DNA of 64,000 nt from Tubiluchus corallicola (Eukaryota > Animalia > Priapulida), in NCBI GenBank assembly GCA_030141605.1, contig JAQGDQ010000410.1:124001-188000 (forward strand), given 5' to 3'. A model generated the notes under the pieces. It worked only from the letters and a program-made list of their open reading frames with translations. It was not told where the DNA came from and did not search any database. Made by a program: the position numbers and the translations under genes. Below are positions 35,797 through 50,416 of the stretch, one piece after another. Positions within the stretch are counted from its first letter, which is position 1. Every line of letters starts with the position of its first letter.

Positions 35797-36764
35797 GCTA
35801 AGCTATGAATTTTACATTAGCATTACAACGTTTATGACGTCACGTATAAGGCAAGATAAGATAAGACCAGGTAAAGTGACGTATGGTAACTTGGTAAGGT
35901 ATAGTACGGTACGATAAAATAAGATAAGCACAGCAAGGTCCTGATTAGTGGTTGCGATAATTTAAAATTAAGAAAAATTAATACATGTAAATACACAAAC
36001 ATTACGTGACCTAATACATAGAGAAAATATGCAGGAACACAAAAAAGCTAAGATTACAATCGCAAAAAGAATTAAAATAAGCAAAAAACAAGTTAAAAAA
36101 TGGAGAAATAAAAATACAAGCAATTGAAAAACAATGTCATATAACACATAATATAAAAAACAGAATGTAAAAGCAAATTAAACCAATAAAAACTTTGAAA
36201 ATAAAAAAATTAAAAAACTAAAAGAAAGCTAAAATTACAATTGCACAAAAGAACCAAGAAGAAGCAAAAAGCAAAATGCAAACAAAAGCAAATGAAAAAA
36301 TTGCATATAAGAACATATCTACTGTAATATAAAATCAAAGCGGAATATTAAAAGCAAAGTAAGCAATAATAAAAACGTATAATAATAATGACACTGAAAA
36401 TCAAAATTCACAAACAACATTTGGGATATGCCAAAAACAATTGAACAGATGAGAAAAACGTAAAAATTTATATTAACATCAAAAAGGCGAAGTTAAAAAC
36501 TCATTATAATGAATTAAAAATAAATCTCTTGACAAAAAGCTTTAAGGCGACCTTCAAACAGGTGACAATTGCTACCGTTTCGTATTTCGTTTGGCAGACT
36601 TCCATAGCTTAGCCGCCCCGTATTCTAGAGATTTTTGTCCAGCTCGTGTGCGGTATAACGGTATTTGTAGTTCATTCCTAGTGGCTTACATGGTTCGATA
36701 TTGACACGCATATTCAAAAACCAGTTTAGTTCTGTGCGCATAGTGATAATTCGTTCGCGTATAA

Positions 36765-36913
36765 CGACTCTGTTAAAGCTAGCTTTATATGAAATTTCTA
36801 AAGTGTTTTCAAAAGGCTTAAAGCCTTCAACAGTGAAGACTCTGTTAAAGCGAGTTTTTTATGAAATTTCTGAAAAGTGTTTTCAAAAGGGTTAAAGCCT
36901 TCAACAGTGAAGA
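36765..36913. repeat. Tandem duplication, ~73 bp x2
   Basis: gactctgttaaagc.ag.ttt.tatgaaatttct..aaagtgtttt.caaaagg.ttaaagccttcaacagtgaaga occurs twice. Confidence 0.85.
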
Positions 36914-37570
36914 TTCTGGTGACGACATTTAAACCAGTGTCAATTTAACCTAATCAACCGGCGAGTTACAAATCAAGTCTACTAAAACTGCCAAACAAGG
37001 CACTGCACTAAAAAGCAGAAGTCTCGATTTCTTTCGACTTCAAACAAATGAGAATAGTACACTGATTCATATCGCTATTTTTCTTCTGCTGGCAAATCAA
37101 ATCAAGTTACGTGAAGACCACGCATAATTTTATACGCAATGCCAATTATTATAGATTCCTAAATGAAAATTCGACCATAATTACTAATGACATTAGTTCA
37201 ATATTACTTAGTACATGCAAATCATGGCATCACTAGAACACATAATAATAGTTGCCTTTTAGCTACCCGTCTTTTCATCCACCGCTGGCTTCAATAACCC
37301 AGGCAAATGTCACGTCAAATCTGCACAAGCTCAGCTTTGACATTAAACCTCACGTATATATAAGCTATTCTTGTACAAGGAAGCTCATGCAATGCAGATA
37401 ACCGCAGTAATTGCAAATTCGTACAAGGTGGTCAGAAATGTAAGACGTCAAATCAAAGGCAATCACGGACTACTGTTATGGGTGTAAACACAAAAATTGT
37501 TTTTACACTTTTCCCAACAAAATCAGCCACATTAAAGTGAGTACGTGTTACATTGCTAGTAACTACCTTA

Positions 37571-37866
37571 CATAGGCGTACAAGTCGGGGGGCTGCAGCC
37601 CCCACCCCACCCGGATTCGGGCAATCACAATTTTTCGGGCACCGGCCAAATAATGAAAAAAGTAAACATTTTCACAAAAGGAAATCTCAAAATTTTTCCA
37701 TGTCGTCAAATGAAGTGCCCGAAATTCGGGCATTTTTGATCCTGGGGTGGGGATACGGCAATTCCCGACTCGAAGTTGACCTGCGCCTTTTGGGTTTATT
37801 TTTCGATTATAAGTGGCTCACCCCCCCCCCCCCCCCGCCTTGGAAAAATCGGCCCGTACGCCTATG
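37571..37866. mobile_element. hAT-type MITE
   Basis: TIRs CATAGGCGTAC...GTACGCCTATG; flanking 8-mers ctacctta / ctacaata (6/8 match, consistent with an aged 8-bp TSD); internal ttcgggca repeats and G/C runs. Confidence 0.75.
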
Positions 37867-40800
37867 CTACAATAAATTCTAGGAATATCAATTTGTGGTT
37901 GAACAAATTTACGACTGTTGCTTTTTGTAAAACCAACCGTTGCCAAAAAATGAAAAGAATAGAATTGAACGTACATTTAAACTGTGAGCCAACGTTCAGT
38001 CAAACTGTGAGTTATAAGCCAACTTCTCACTTAGTAAGCCACAAGAGATCATTAGGCGCCTGGTCAAGCTATCGACTGATAAACCAAGATCTATAGTTAC
38101 AAATGTTTCACGTTTCATTTCTTTCAGTAGAATTGATTTCAAGGAATTGATTATTCGCATCATGTACGCGTCTGGTCAAACTATCGACGAACTGTCATAT
38201 ATTATCAACCACGTTACTAATCGAAAGATTCGTTTATTTTACGCATTTATCTATTCATTCATTCTTTATTCAACCGTTTACACTCTCTTTTCACTGGCAG
38301 TTCTAACATTCATTCATTCATTGATTCAATCTTTTGCTTATTTTCTTCTTTTTTGAAACAATTTGTATCTAATTATTTCTTCATCATTTGTTATTAATTT
38401 ACTCATTTATTTATTCTTTTGAAATTTATTTATTTATTCGCTCATTCATTCATTGAGATTCTAACAAAAAAATCTGTTCCTTGTCAAGTATGTGTTTCTC
38501 TTCTAGTAAAATAAGCAAGAGGCAGATTAACATCCATTTTCACACTTCAGGGCCTGTGCATTAGGCGTTTGTTTATATAGCAACAAGTATTTAGCGAATC
38601 GATTTAAAAATGTGGCCGTGAAGTCAAAAAAGGGATGTCTGTAACGTGCTTGAAGGTATCTCATTCCTAATTCTGTACCATATGTTTACAAATCAACTGC
38701 TCGAGCTTGCACGACGCATTGCAGCCACTTCTGAATTGACGCCTCAGCCTTGTTATCTTGCCTACTTGACATATTGCAAAATCGTACAGTGTACTGACAA
38801 TCTGAGCAGGTCCAATTTAGTGCCAACTCTGCAATATTTTCTTATCGAACGCTGCGACACTAAGGTGTTCTCAGGGTAACCCGTAAAGACAGATACAAAG
38901 TTTGAGTGCCCGGAGTTATTTCTGCTACTTTTCATGCTTTTACACTGGACATTCCTAGACACAAAACAGTTATTTATAAATCCAGTGTTTCCTTTGGGCC
39001 TTTTATATGCGTAGAATTCGCACCAGAAATTTGTTAATTATAGACCTACTACAACAAAAAAAACAAAAATATCTGTTACTACTAACAAATTGCTACAATA
39101 TGGTAGTTTTCTGGGAATGTATTTATATTTTCTTTTTCTGCCAATAGCACTTTTTCCAGTGTGGCTACTGATGGAGTGAACTGTACGAAAAAAGTCCGAA
39201 AAGTCCCATTCAACACAAATATGAATGAAGCAAAAATTACATGGCAAAGTAAATAATGAGCAGTTTACCCTAAAACTGTTCTACTGAATTAAGTATCAGA
39301 CTATGGAATTAAATAGTCTTGCAGAATGCTCCAGCAGAAAATAATTCAATATCAACTTGATAACAATTATGCAGCACATTTGATTACTATTTTTGATAAA
39401 GAATAGAAGAATGTCTGCAAAAAAACTGACATGGTCTGCTTCAAAAATTCCTAACATCTTATGTAATTACCATAAAACGTTTTTACAAAGGCTTTATTTT
39501 GCTAATATCTTGATTTGCAAAATTAGAAAAAAACTACCGTAATTACTTTCTTACCTTCAACCGGAAAAAAGCAGTACCACAAAAAAATAAAATTGCCCTA
39601 TTACAAATTTACAATGACCTTGAACTACAGTACATCGCACACCTACAGAAAAAGAAATGACTACACACCTGTAACCTATATCTAGAATTTATAAAAAGCA
39701 ATAACATTACTCGCTCATTTTGTGATCATTAAGGTAACCAAACTAAAACAAAGTAATAAAATGAGAATTCAACTATCTAGTAAAGCTAAACAGCTCGGTA
39801 TTATTGACACAATTCTGACAAAAACTTTTGAATTTACACGATTGATCACGCAACATGATTTTTACTGGAGGCAGCGCAATGACCAATGGAGATGTTTAAA
39901 GCACAGAAAAAGTTGACTGCAAAAATGGACACAGAAACTGAATGCGAAAAACGAAAAAATGGTTGTTATCAAGAAATCATCGTGAATTGCATTTATTTTA
40001 CCATAAAACACTTTGTAAAATGATTTAGTGAGAACTTGGAGACATACATGGCCGGTAGCCTGCTCGTTTGGCACTTGATACATTCTGCTTAATGGACAGG
40101 AGGCTGAACAGCACATTCAACAGCCAAACTTAAATTTGAAAGCAAACCTGATGAAGTAACAGAGATGGTGTTTTTCTCTCTATAGCCAATACACAATAAA
40201 ATAATTGCTTGCTTTAAACAGATAACTATCTAATAACAACTAAGGCTTGTCCGATTTGCAGCCTCAGCCCTTGCCAACACTTTCTCACAACCAATTAAAC
40301 AGCAGTCTCGGTTCTTTCTGTTGTCCAGGTATTAAGAAAATTGGGCAACAAAAACTATGAAAAAACATTCACAAGTAAAGAACATGCATTTTAAGTTACG
40401 TGAATGCAAAGCAAAAGGTCTCGGTCTGACTTCATTCTGTAAGCATTAATGTGTCTGCAGTGCGGTGATTAAACAATCTTGATGTATTCACAGACTGGAT
40501 TTGATCCTCTGTAACATAAATCAAGTTCTGTATTACGATGAATGGCCATTGGCAATTCAGAAAATACTGGAATAAAAACTAGTATATTTTGTATCCAATC
40601 AGAACATTTTGCTGCTATCCATTAGCATCTTCAGGCCTCTGGCTGATAGAACAATCACTCTGAATTGGATTGAAATGTACATTACGGCAAGAACAGCTTT
40701 GATTTCGAATGCTAATTATTTCACTAAACTAAATTGAAAGTATGAACTACCATTTTATTGTTTGTATTAGGTTTAAGTCTGCTAATATGGAATAATATAG

Positions 40801-41604
40801 AATATGGGATCATTTAGTAGTAAATCCCATCTAAATTTTACATTATCGATAATTGCGAACATGTGCTTAGTTATTACCAAATTACAAAGATGAGAGTGGG
40901 CAATATGGAGCTGACATTTAGAGCCTTTAGGAAATGTAGCTGTCTCTGTATTAGCAATCTCAAACCAAACATGAACAGTAAAGTGGAAACTATACTTACA
41001 ATTTGGTTATGTGAAATAGTTAACATTCCATATCACAGATGTCCTTGCAATAATGTAGATAGAATGATCATTCTATCAGTGCGACTGAAGGTGCTAATTA
41101 ATGGATATTAGAGAAGTATTCTGATTGAGTATGTTTAATAAAGAAAATTCCTTAATCTACAAACTGTTAAACTGAATTCAAGAACTTAAATGATTTTTTT
41201 ACAATTTAACCAATAACAACAACTCCTCAAAGCCTTTAAAGTTCTGCAAAATCCCATTCCTAAATATAAGCTTTATTTTAATTCAAGGGTAAAATCTATA
41301 GTAAATTTCGACAGTTCAAGCCACTCAGCCCCTTCTTTACAGTGAAATGAAAAATGGCTAATTGATTTGCCAGTACTAACTACTAAAACTGCAAATGGAC
41401 TATTTATCTGCAAAAACAGTAAGAGTTTATTACACTAAAGAATGGAAACTACCAAAGAATATAACTGCAGCATACATTTTTATATTTGTAAGTGCCACAA
41501 ATGAATGGAAATGGCAGCTCATTCTTCATTGTACTGCAAACTCCTGTGCTTCAAACTGTATGACAATTGCCACTATAGCAAAATGGACTTTGAAAGACTG
41601 TATC

Positions 41605-41842
41605 ACTCATCCACTGATACTGCTAACTGCAATTACTGCTAACTGGAACCTGCAACATTCATCTAACCAGCAACTGCCGCTACTGCAACCTGAAACTTGC
41701 AACTTTCATCCACCAATACTGCTAACTGCAACTACTGCTAACTGGAACCTGCAACATTCATCTGCCAATACTGCTAACCAGTAACCGCCACTACTGCAAT
41801 ACGAAAACTTTAACTTTCATCCGCCAATACTGCTAACTGCAA
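41605..41842. repeat. ~100-110 bp tandem repeat (~2.3 units) built from actgctaactgca subunits, downstream of the SRSF2 stop
   Basis: tcatcc.c..atactgctaactgca starts at ~41607, 41706 and 41817. Confidence 0.8.
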
Positions 41843-42944
41843 ATAAAGATGTGGTGTCGCCAAAATCACTGCTTTGCTTGTACGGCAGTCTGTACGCCAA
41901 ACTGCAATAGGCAGCAACACCATTCCGCTTGTACAGCATCAACCCCACTCAGGAACACTGCACTGCACAGGTTGCTGAGCCTGAACTCTTACGCCACCGC
42001 CCCTGCTGCTGCTGCTTACACCAGCCAATCTCAGCAACATACAGCCGTCTCTGTACAGAAAAGAAAAATACTGATTACCAAATGTAAAATTTTATTTCAA
42101 TCAATGCAAATAAAGCATAAATTTTTCGTTCTTACAATACAACAAATCTTAATTATCAGTAATGTACTGTAGAAGTTCTACAAAATGGGTTCCATTAAAA
42201 AAAGAAGCAAACTGGCCATTAATAAATTTTACAAAACTGTCAAGTTAAAACTAGAGTAATATTGCAGAATTTTTGCTTGCTATCTTACGTTCAAACAAAA
42301 AATGCATGCTGAAAGTTTTACTTTTTAACTGACCAGTATTACCCCATGCCAAAACACACCAAAACCATGTTGACCAATACAACTGCTTACAATACACTTT
42401 ATAGTCAATTCAATACAGCAATAAAGTAAACAAGTTCTAAACACATTTTTGTACTTAAAATTTACCATGTTTTTTATAGTAACTGATTTACCTTATTTTG
42501 TAAATATTTGCAAGTATATATACCACAGCCTAATGCTTCTCAATTAAATTGAAAACTAGAGTTCAGCAAATTATTATATATACTACTACACTACAATCCT
42601 AACTACTAGTACTGCTATATAAGTCCATACATCTGGCAAAATGTAAGAATCACTTATTTATCTATATCATTTGGAATGCACAGAGTGCCACAAAATGGGA
42701 CAATGCCAGAAAGTACAATTTTAAAGACAATTGGAAAAGTGATAAAATTCAGAAGACCTAACCAAAACTAATTAAGACTAAAGTTATTACAAGTATGATA
42801 TGGCTATATACAGTAAAATTATAATAACCTGCTGATTATCGAAGCAACACTAAAGTGTCGTTATCCAGAATTCCCATATGAGCCAAAACCCCCAACTCCT
42901 TTGTTTAAAACGACTGCTCAAACCTAAGGAATGAAAAAGGTCCT

Positions 42945-45900
42945 TTATGTGGGGGTAGGAGATTTGGATTTAGGTGTTGGAGACCTTGACCGCGAGGAGG
43001 CAGGTGTACGTTCTCGACGCGGTGACCTGCTGTTGGATCTGCTACGATGACGTCGACGATCTTGTGATCTGGATCTAGACCTCGACTTAGATCGTGATCT
43101 TGAGTAGCTGAAAAACAACAAACAGAAATTTGGTATAAGCAACAAATGAATCTTCACTTTCAAACGCAGTTTATTTTCATTAGCCAGAGGTACTAAATGC
43201 AGTCACGGCATTACTAAATCTGAAGGTAAATTTGAGCAGCTCTAAGAGTTATTAATAAGCTCTTTATAAGCTTACAATTGCAGTTTAAATACAGGTATTT
43301 AAATAAGCCATTGTTTAACACAATTTGCAAAATTTTTTCAAGTACATCTATAAAACATAAAATGCATAAGTTTAAGTAAACAACTTTTTTCATTAAAAAG
43401 ATAAGGTCTTTAATCATAAATTCTGATTTGAACATCAAAAAGACTTGCAAACATACAATAGTGCTGTTATAAATGCTTGGAATTTATTTAGGACAACATT
43501 AAATATAGGAAAAGAAAATATCCACCAAAAAGACATATTAACAAATCTTACTTTCCACGCAAAATGTCTTCTTTAAGTATCAATTCAATGAGAAAGTGTG
43601 GACAACCTAAGTATAGGTTGTATAGCAAAGTGCAAAATAGTTATTTATGGTCTGCAGCAAACAAATGTGCTACACTCGGTATGCTCTACGCTTTGGACTA
43701 CTATATTACATAAATAATAGTAGCTTACCGCCTACGAGGAGAGCGTCTTGGAGGTCTGCGATCTCTGTACCGATCACGATCATCGGGTCTACCATAACGA
43801 GCCATTTGTACCCTCAACTCCCTACCATCCATGACACGACCATCCATAGAATCAATTGCATCTTCTGCATCACGACGATCATAATATCTAAAATAAAATG
43901 CTTCATAAATATCATTGACAGATAGAAAACAATTCTTTCACAAAACTTGGCAGACATAGATTGACAGGTAGAAAATAATTTACAATTTTTTAAAACAGTG
44001 CATTACTACTAGAGGTGAGCATCAAACATTCCAGTTTGAACGTTCGAATCGAAATTGGATGTTCGAATTAGATTCAAACGAGTTTTTTTAGTTCGAATTT
44101 GATTTGAACCCATTAATTTAGCTACATTAATTATTAGCAAATTAGCAAAATTTAGCTACAGCTTCTGTGCAGAATTTTTAACGAACTAATAGTGGTTTTA
44201 CTGCAAAAAAATGCATGATCTTTATAAGACCACTTTTTACTAGTGGTTCGAAAATTTAAATTTTCTTGGTGTCTCTATGAAAATTTCTTGCTTTTAACCT
44301 GGTTTATTTTCTTTCTACCTCTGTTGACTTTTTTTATAAACTGTGTTAATCATTAGAACACATTTCTAATACCAGTGTTTGCTCGAAACCCATCCTGGCA
44401 GTTTAGAAAAATCATCTAAAGGATACAAAACCTGCCTGCTTCAAAGTAGATAATTACCTGCAAGTTTTAACAGGAATTGGCAACGTAAAATTACACGACA
44501 AAAGTCTCCACATTTACACTCATATCAATACGTGAAATTAATAATGCAGCCTTCTTATTTTAACTGACACCCTAGTAGACACTTGCTGTCAAAATTCACT
44601 ACTGACTAGCGTGATACAAAAAAGCGGGTTTGTTTCTTTATAAACTTACGCGTTTTGCTTCGAACATTGAAACATTTCAAATTAGGCGCTGCACAGACAT
44701 CTTGTGAAAAACGAAAAATCGGGGAAGAAAGCAAAAGCGATGTCCTGTAAGAAACGACATTGTGCATGTGTGACTCTCGCTGTACTTACATGTAGGCAAA
44801 ATCAAGTAGTACGAAGATGAGACTGGTGTACTCGCATTTTGCTATTTTAGTCTTAAGCTCAAAACATAGGTTTGTCCAAATTTAATTGAATGCACTATAT
44901 TTTATAGATGAAACAAATATTAATAACGAAGTACAACGTGTAAAAGTTTTAGCATGACACTTCTGCTTTATAAATGCCTGCATTCTTTTCAAATGTGCAA
45001 ATGAGATTTCAGAGAAAAAAAGCTTAAATCTTTAAGTCAGGAAAATATTCTCAAAGTCTACAGTTTGACTGCCATTATATGACGTACATATAAGTTTTTT
45101 GTGCATTCGAGCTCCTTTATTCTACGTGTACCTGTCCACGCAGACTTTATTTCTCACCATGTCTAGCACGATAGAGGGGCGATTCTATTTGTAGCAAAAA
45201 AGGATGTTCTTGTCTATCATTACTGAGGTCCATTTTTAGTTTGAAGTAACGTGTAAAAAATTGGGAGAAATATTAAAAAATGTAAAGAAAGGGAGATTAC
45301 TGCATTAAAATCGGGGAGTAATTTAAATTGGTACGGTTGAAATGTCTTACTGCTAACCTACACTAAATATAGTTTTCATGAACTTTAGCTAGAAAGGTTA
45401 ATTATTACCTTACTTCCTGAGTATCTAACCCATAATAGTGGTTAGCAGCGTACTTGCAGCATGATTTAATTCGCGGAAGTACTCGGCACACCTATTTGTC
45501 ATACAGTCTACACACAGTTTAAATAATACTAGTACAGCGTCATCATAGTGCTCTGTATAACCGTTCTGTTCCATGTTTCCAATGCTCTGCTTGCTGGGGC
45601 CGCTGGTTATTTACTGTGCTGCAGCTGTTAACTGCCTCTTCCTTACGTGACGTCACAGCACTGAGTGTCACAGCGGGCGGTAATAGTTGTGACAGTACCA
45701 ATGGCGCTTAAGTTAAGTTAGCATATCACATAAAAGCATGCATCAAAACTGTTTTAAAAATTACGAAATATGTAATTCCGCCGCTGTAAAACAAAATAAC
45801 AAAAATATTGTCATACTCATACTCATAGGAACTTTAAGTGGTTCATACTGAATTAGTACCTAGCAGGCATGTCAAAAAGTTTGTAAAAGCCTAATAAACT

Positions 45901-46097
45901 GCTATATACCTTATAAAAGCAAAACCACGGCTGTCCCTTGTAAAGCGATCTCTTGGAATATAAATATCGCCGATGTCACCATACTTCGAAAAAGCGCGAC
46001 GTAAATCATCAGGCGTCGTTCTGTAGGTTAAGTTATCAACCTTAAGAGAAATCATTCCCTCCACATCAGGAGGTGGTCCGCGCCCACCGTAACTCAT
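42945..46097 (-). CDS. SRSF2: Serine/arginine-rich splicing factor 2 (SC35), 169 aa, 3 coding exons
   Basis: Exons 46097-45910, 43887-43729 and 43107-42945 with GT-AG junctions in matching phase (total 510 nt). Translation [63 protein letters not shown]|[34 protein letters not shown]..., the SC35 RRM, followed by an RS domain. Confidence 0.97.
44009..44110 (+). mobile_element. Probable hAT-like transposon end in SRSF2 intron 1
   Basis: TAGAGGTGAGC start followed by clustered ttcgaa/ttgaa subterminal repeats; the other end was not found. Confidence 0.4.
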
Positions 46098-47637
46098 ATT
46101 ACTCTTTTTTCACTCACTAGCAAGTATTAAAAAATTACAAAGCTTTGCCTCTCTTTACCGACTTTTCACACAAGCAGTAAACCTCGAATGAGGTTGATGG
46201 AACAACAAACCGCAAAACGCCCGACTTTGAAATTAAAGCGAAAGGGACAGTGCAGCCAAAGTATACAAAAACAAAGCAGGGAAAGTTACTGCCAGCAGTT
46301 CGCGCAGTTAGTTTCATCCTAGCGGCACAGCAGTACGGACTGTTAGCTGTTATATTTTTAATATTATTTAAAGCAAGCATAAGGCATTAAGAATAATTAG
46401 TAGTTAAAATGAAAACTATTATAATCATATCTCATAAAAATTAATAGGCTTATTTACAAAAGAAGTTAAGTAAGTTGATCATAAAGAAAGTTTGCAAATA
46501 CCTGGCTTATATAGTATTCTATTTCTGGAGAAATATTTTTTCTAAAAACATTCCTATTTAATATGTTCTTATCAGGAAATATAACTTGAAGAAATATTAG
46601 GCCTGACTTTCATGTGTAATACCTTTCATAGAAAAAACATCGATTTTTTTCAGAAGAGCAATTAATTTTTCCAGAACAAAACTTAATCTAAGCATCTACA
46701 TGTTTTGTTAATTCCAAGTTAAAAGATGTTTAAAAAGCATATAATCATACATTGGCCTTTGTTATGAGTTGGAGTTGGTTATAAAATCACGTTGAATAAA
46801 CGGAGAGGAATTTATGACATCACTCCTCTTTTTTATTATCAGTGAACAAAAAATAACAAAACGAAACATCAGGGCTGTCATCCTAAGCAGCCGGCATTAC
46901 TTCCACCTCTATAACAACCAAATAACTAGGTCAAAATCGAGTTACGGAATCAGGTGAGAAGCCAACCTGGCGCATAAATTAGTATCGGCAGGCGTGTCAT
47001 AACGCTTTATATATCATGTGTAGACGTCACTTATATTTAGCCTATTTTTTTCAAGATTCGGTTAGGCTTACGTCAAAATAAGTGTTCATTAAATACAGTT
47101 TGTTTACGTGTAAAAAATGTACTTGTACCTGTGGCTAAATCCACTGACAAGTCTTAATAAATATTATTTATTGATGGGCTTAAATTAATTGATTTTATAC
47201 AGGCCTAGATGCTAAGGGCAATCATTTTATATAGTTATATATATAGGCTCCGCTTCATAGAATCTTTGTATGTAATAATGATTGCATGTAATAGAATCAT
47301 ACATGTATGTGAGTCTGTGTGCATGGGTGTATCAAGACGCTACGACGCCCTAGGCTGACAGTTCAGTCCTACTTATTTCTACTACTGTAATTATTATTTA
47401 TATATGAAGCACCGTATGCAATTACTTGTTGTGTGCATGCGTGCGTGTACGACTTATTTATATACAAACCTACAACATAATATATGTGTAACTATATAGA
47501 TTAATTGCAGGGCACGTAAATGGGTGCAATTTTTAATGTGCCAAATTAAATTTGGAATAAATCCATTATTCCACCTCGCATTGGAATAAAACGACCAAGA
47601 AACAAATGGCAGAACCTTCAACAAAAGGAAAAGAAGG

Positions 47638-47760
47638 ATCTCTCTCTCTGTCTCTGTCTCTCTCTCTTTCTCGGTCTTTTTCTCTCTCCTCCCTCCCTTT
47701 CACTGTCTCTTCCTTTCCCTCTTTCTCGCTCTCTCTCTCCATCCCTCTCTCCTTCTCCCT
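47638..47760. repeat. Degenerate (CT)n tract
   Basis: Directly visible. Confidence 0.85.
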
Positions 47761-48909
47761 AAGAGAGGGAGGAAGAGAAAAATCAATAAATCAATAAAGA
47801 ATGCTTTACTTTTTTACATAGTAGGCAGCCCATCATGCAGTCAGCTAGCCTCTTTCCTCAGGAAGAACAATAAGATTTTACTTACAAGAAAACTGAAGAA
47901 GTATTTGCAAGTACATAATACAAACTTATTGCAATTTTTTCCCTTTTCATTAATTGTTTTCAGTTTTTCTAAAATAATAATTGCTTTTAATTGAGATATT
48001 CCTCTTTTATTAAAAACGCAAAAGTGATTTTAGCTTATCGAAATTGCGCGAATACCAACATTATTGGTGAACTGAAGAATATAGTCAATGTGCGGCTCAA
48101 AACTTTTTAATCATCCGCCGTTTGATGCCGCAAGCATAGCCGCTAATCGCAAAAACGAAATACGTAACAATAGCCGATTTTCGTCACTTCCTCTTTTTAC
48201 ACTTTGGTGCAGCAATGCAATTAGCGGTCTTTCAGTAGAACAAAATCATCCTAACCAAGTCCAAGGAGAACTAACATCTAAATAGTATAGAAATCTTGCA
48301 CTGTAATTGCAAAAAAGCATACGTAACATATTTATCCTTTACAGTTGTTCAGATTTACATTTAGATTAATAATGGTACGTTAGCCGAGCTTTATAAAAAA
48401 AATGATTAAAATCACAAGTAGGCATTCCTAAAATATATAGGGTCTGCAAAGAAAGGCTACCTGTTTCAAACACGATACAGTTCCCAATACAGCCTAAATT
48501 AAATAATCCTCAGCATAATGGTCAAACTATGGAACAGCCTCCTTATCATACATAAAATTGGTTTATGAACCCCTAACTGCTTAGCAGGAAGAAAAATATC
48601 GTATGTGTCTAGTATGAGACAATCAATTCATCATAATAGGATATACATGTCATCGTTTGACTCAATAAATAAGTAATCGGTTTGCCCAACGTGAGACATA
48701 TTTGTTTATGATCATATTGAATTTGCATCATTTCAGATGTATATGAGGCATGCTTTAGTTTTCTGTTATATGCACGTTAAGTTATTACCTTTCATATAAC
48801 ATAAGGAATTATATTCATCTGTGTTCAACATTTAACTTCATTAAGATTTAGATTCAGAATCAATTTTATTTCTTGGTTATTTCTTGTTATCGTATAATAA
48901 GAAAAAATC

Positions 48910-49225
48910 ATTCTTATTCTTATTCTTATTCTTATTCTTATTCTTATTCTTATTCTTATTCTTATTCTTATTCTTATTCTTATTCTTATTCTTATTCTTA
49001 TTCTTATTCTTATTCTTATTCTTATTCTTATTCTTAGTCTTATTCTTATTCTTATTCTTATTCTTATTCTTATTCTTATTCTTATTCTTATTCTTATTCT
49101 TATTCTTATTCTTATTCTTATTCTTATTCTTATTCTTATTCTTATTCTTATTCTTATTCTTACTCCTACTCTTATTCTTATTCTTACTCCTACTCTTATT
49201 CCTATTCTTTTTCTTATTCTTATTT
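48910..49225. repeat. (TTCTTA)n hexanucleotide array
   Basis: Directly visible; source of the NK/LF dipeptide ORFs. Confidence 0.97.
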
Positions 49226-50159
49226 GTATTTTTACTCGTAATTATCATAAGAATTAAAAATAATTATTATTATTGATAATGGCACTTAATTCATCCTGAT
49301 TCTAAACACTCAGGCATAATTAATCAGGTGACCTGCAAAGTCACGTATTTATAATTTTTGAAAAAATCCGATGTATAATTTATTTAAGTTATACTAAAAT
49401 ACAGATCTCAAGGAGGTCTTTACATTGAAAAGCAGGGTATTTGAAATTGAATGCATTGTCTTATTAATTTTGTGAATTTGTGTAGTTAAACATAAATTAA
49501 TATGATTCTGTTTTTGAAAGAAAATCTCCTAACGTTGCTATTAATATTATCATCACTGTCATCATTATCATAATCATCTGAACTTATTATCACAGTAGCA
49601 GCAGCACCATTGATCACAATTCATGTCACTATCATCAGCGGCAGCGTGTCTTCATCACTACATTTTTAATAAAGAAGTTGGAGATTTTGCCAAGTTAGTT
49701 TTTAGATGTTTAGCATTTGAATAGCCTTTTGAACTTTTTTTATTTAAATTAAAATATTAGCTATGTCAAACTTTGATTTATTTTTGACTGTTTTAACTGC
49801 TTCAAGCTTTTACTCTTCTTGAAACTTTCAAAAGTTGCAAGTTTCTAATTCACGTGACGTGAGCAAAATTAAAAATTAAAGGGTGGCATGGTCTTTGGCT
49901 GCTATAATAATTTACAGCCGTAGTTACATATCTACAAAACAAATTTGCAAACTAACCTAACGTAATATTAGTGAAAGTTGCAAAATATGCTATCTTTGCT
50001 TTCATTATTCTGTAACATCGCTCAGACTTCATATTACTTCTCAAAAAGGTTTAAAGGCATATATAACCCTAATAGACATTGAACTTTTTTAACAATTATT
50101 ATATCTACACAAATAATTCATAGTCATTACTAAATAAAAGAATTTATAAATTAAATAAC

Positions 50160-50416
50160 TTACCTTTTGTGGCAAATTTCGAAAGCGTGCAATGTCGTAA
50201 AGATCGCCATGTTTCGCGTCCCTAGCGCGAGCGAGCAAGAATGACGTACGTAGTACAGGAAGCGTCTTTGGTTACCAATGTTTGTTTACCGATCTTTGGT
50301 GAACTCGTGACTGTACTCATTACATCACTGGTCTCGCGTAACGAAAAATAGCAGTTCTTCAAATTTAATACCGCTAGTGATAAAAAAAATCAAAAGAAAC
50401 AAGTTGTACAGTAAGT
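50160..50416. promoter_or_regulatory. CpG-rich, probably bidirectional promoter and first exon(s) upstream of the ethanolamine kinase
   Basis: CpG cluster at 50190-50260; YY1-type AAACATGGCG on minus (~50214-50205); plus-strand donor CA|GTAAGT at 50411 with candidate acceptor ctacag at 51294; minus-strand donor AAG|GTAAGT at 50164/50163. Confidence 0.5.
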
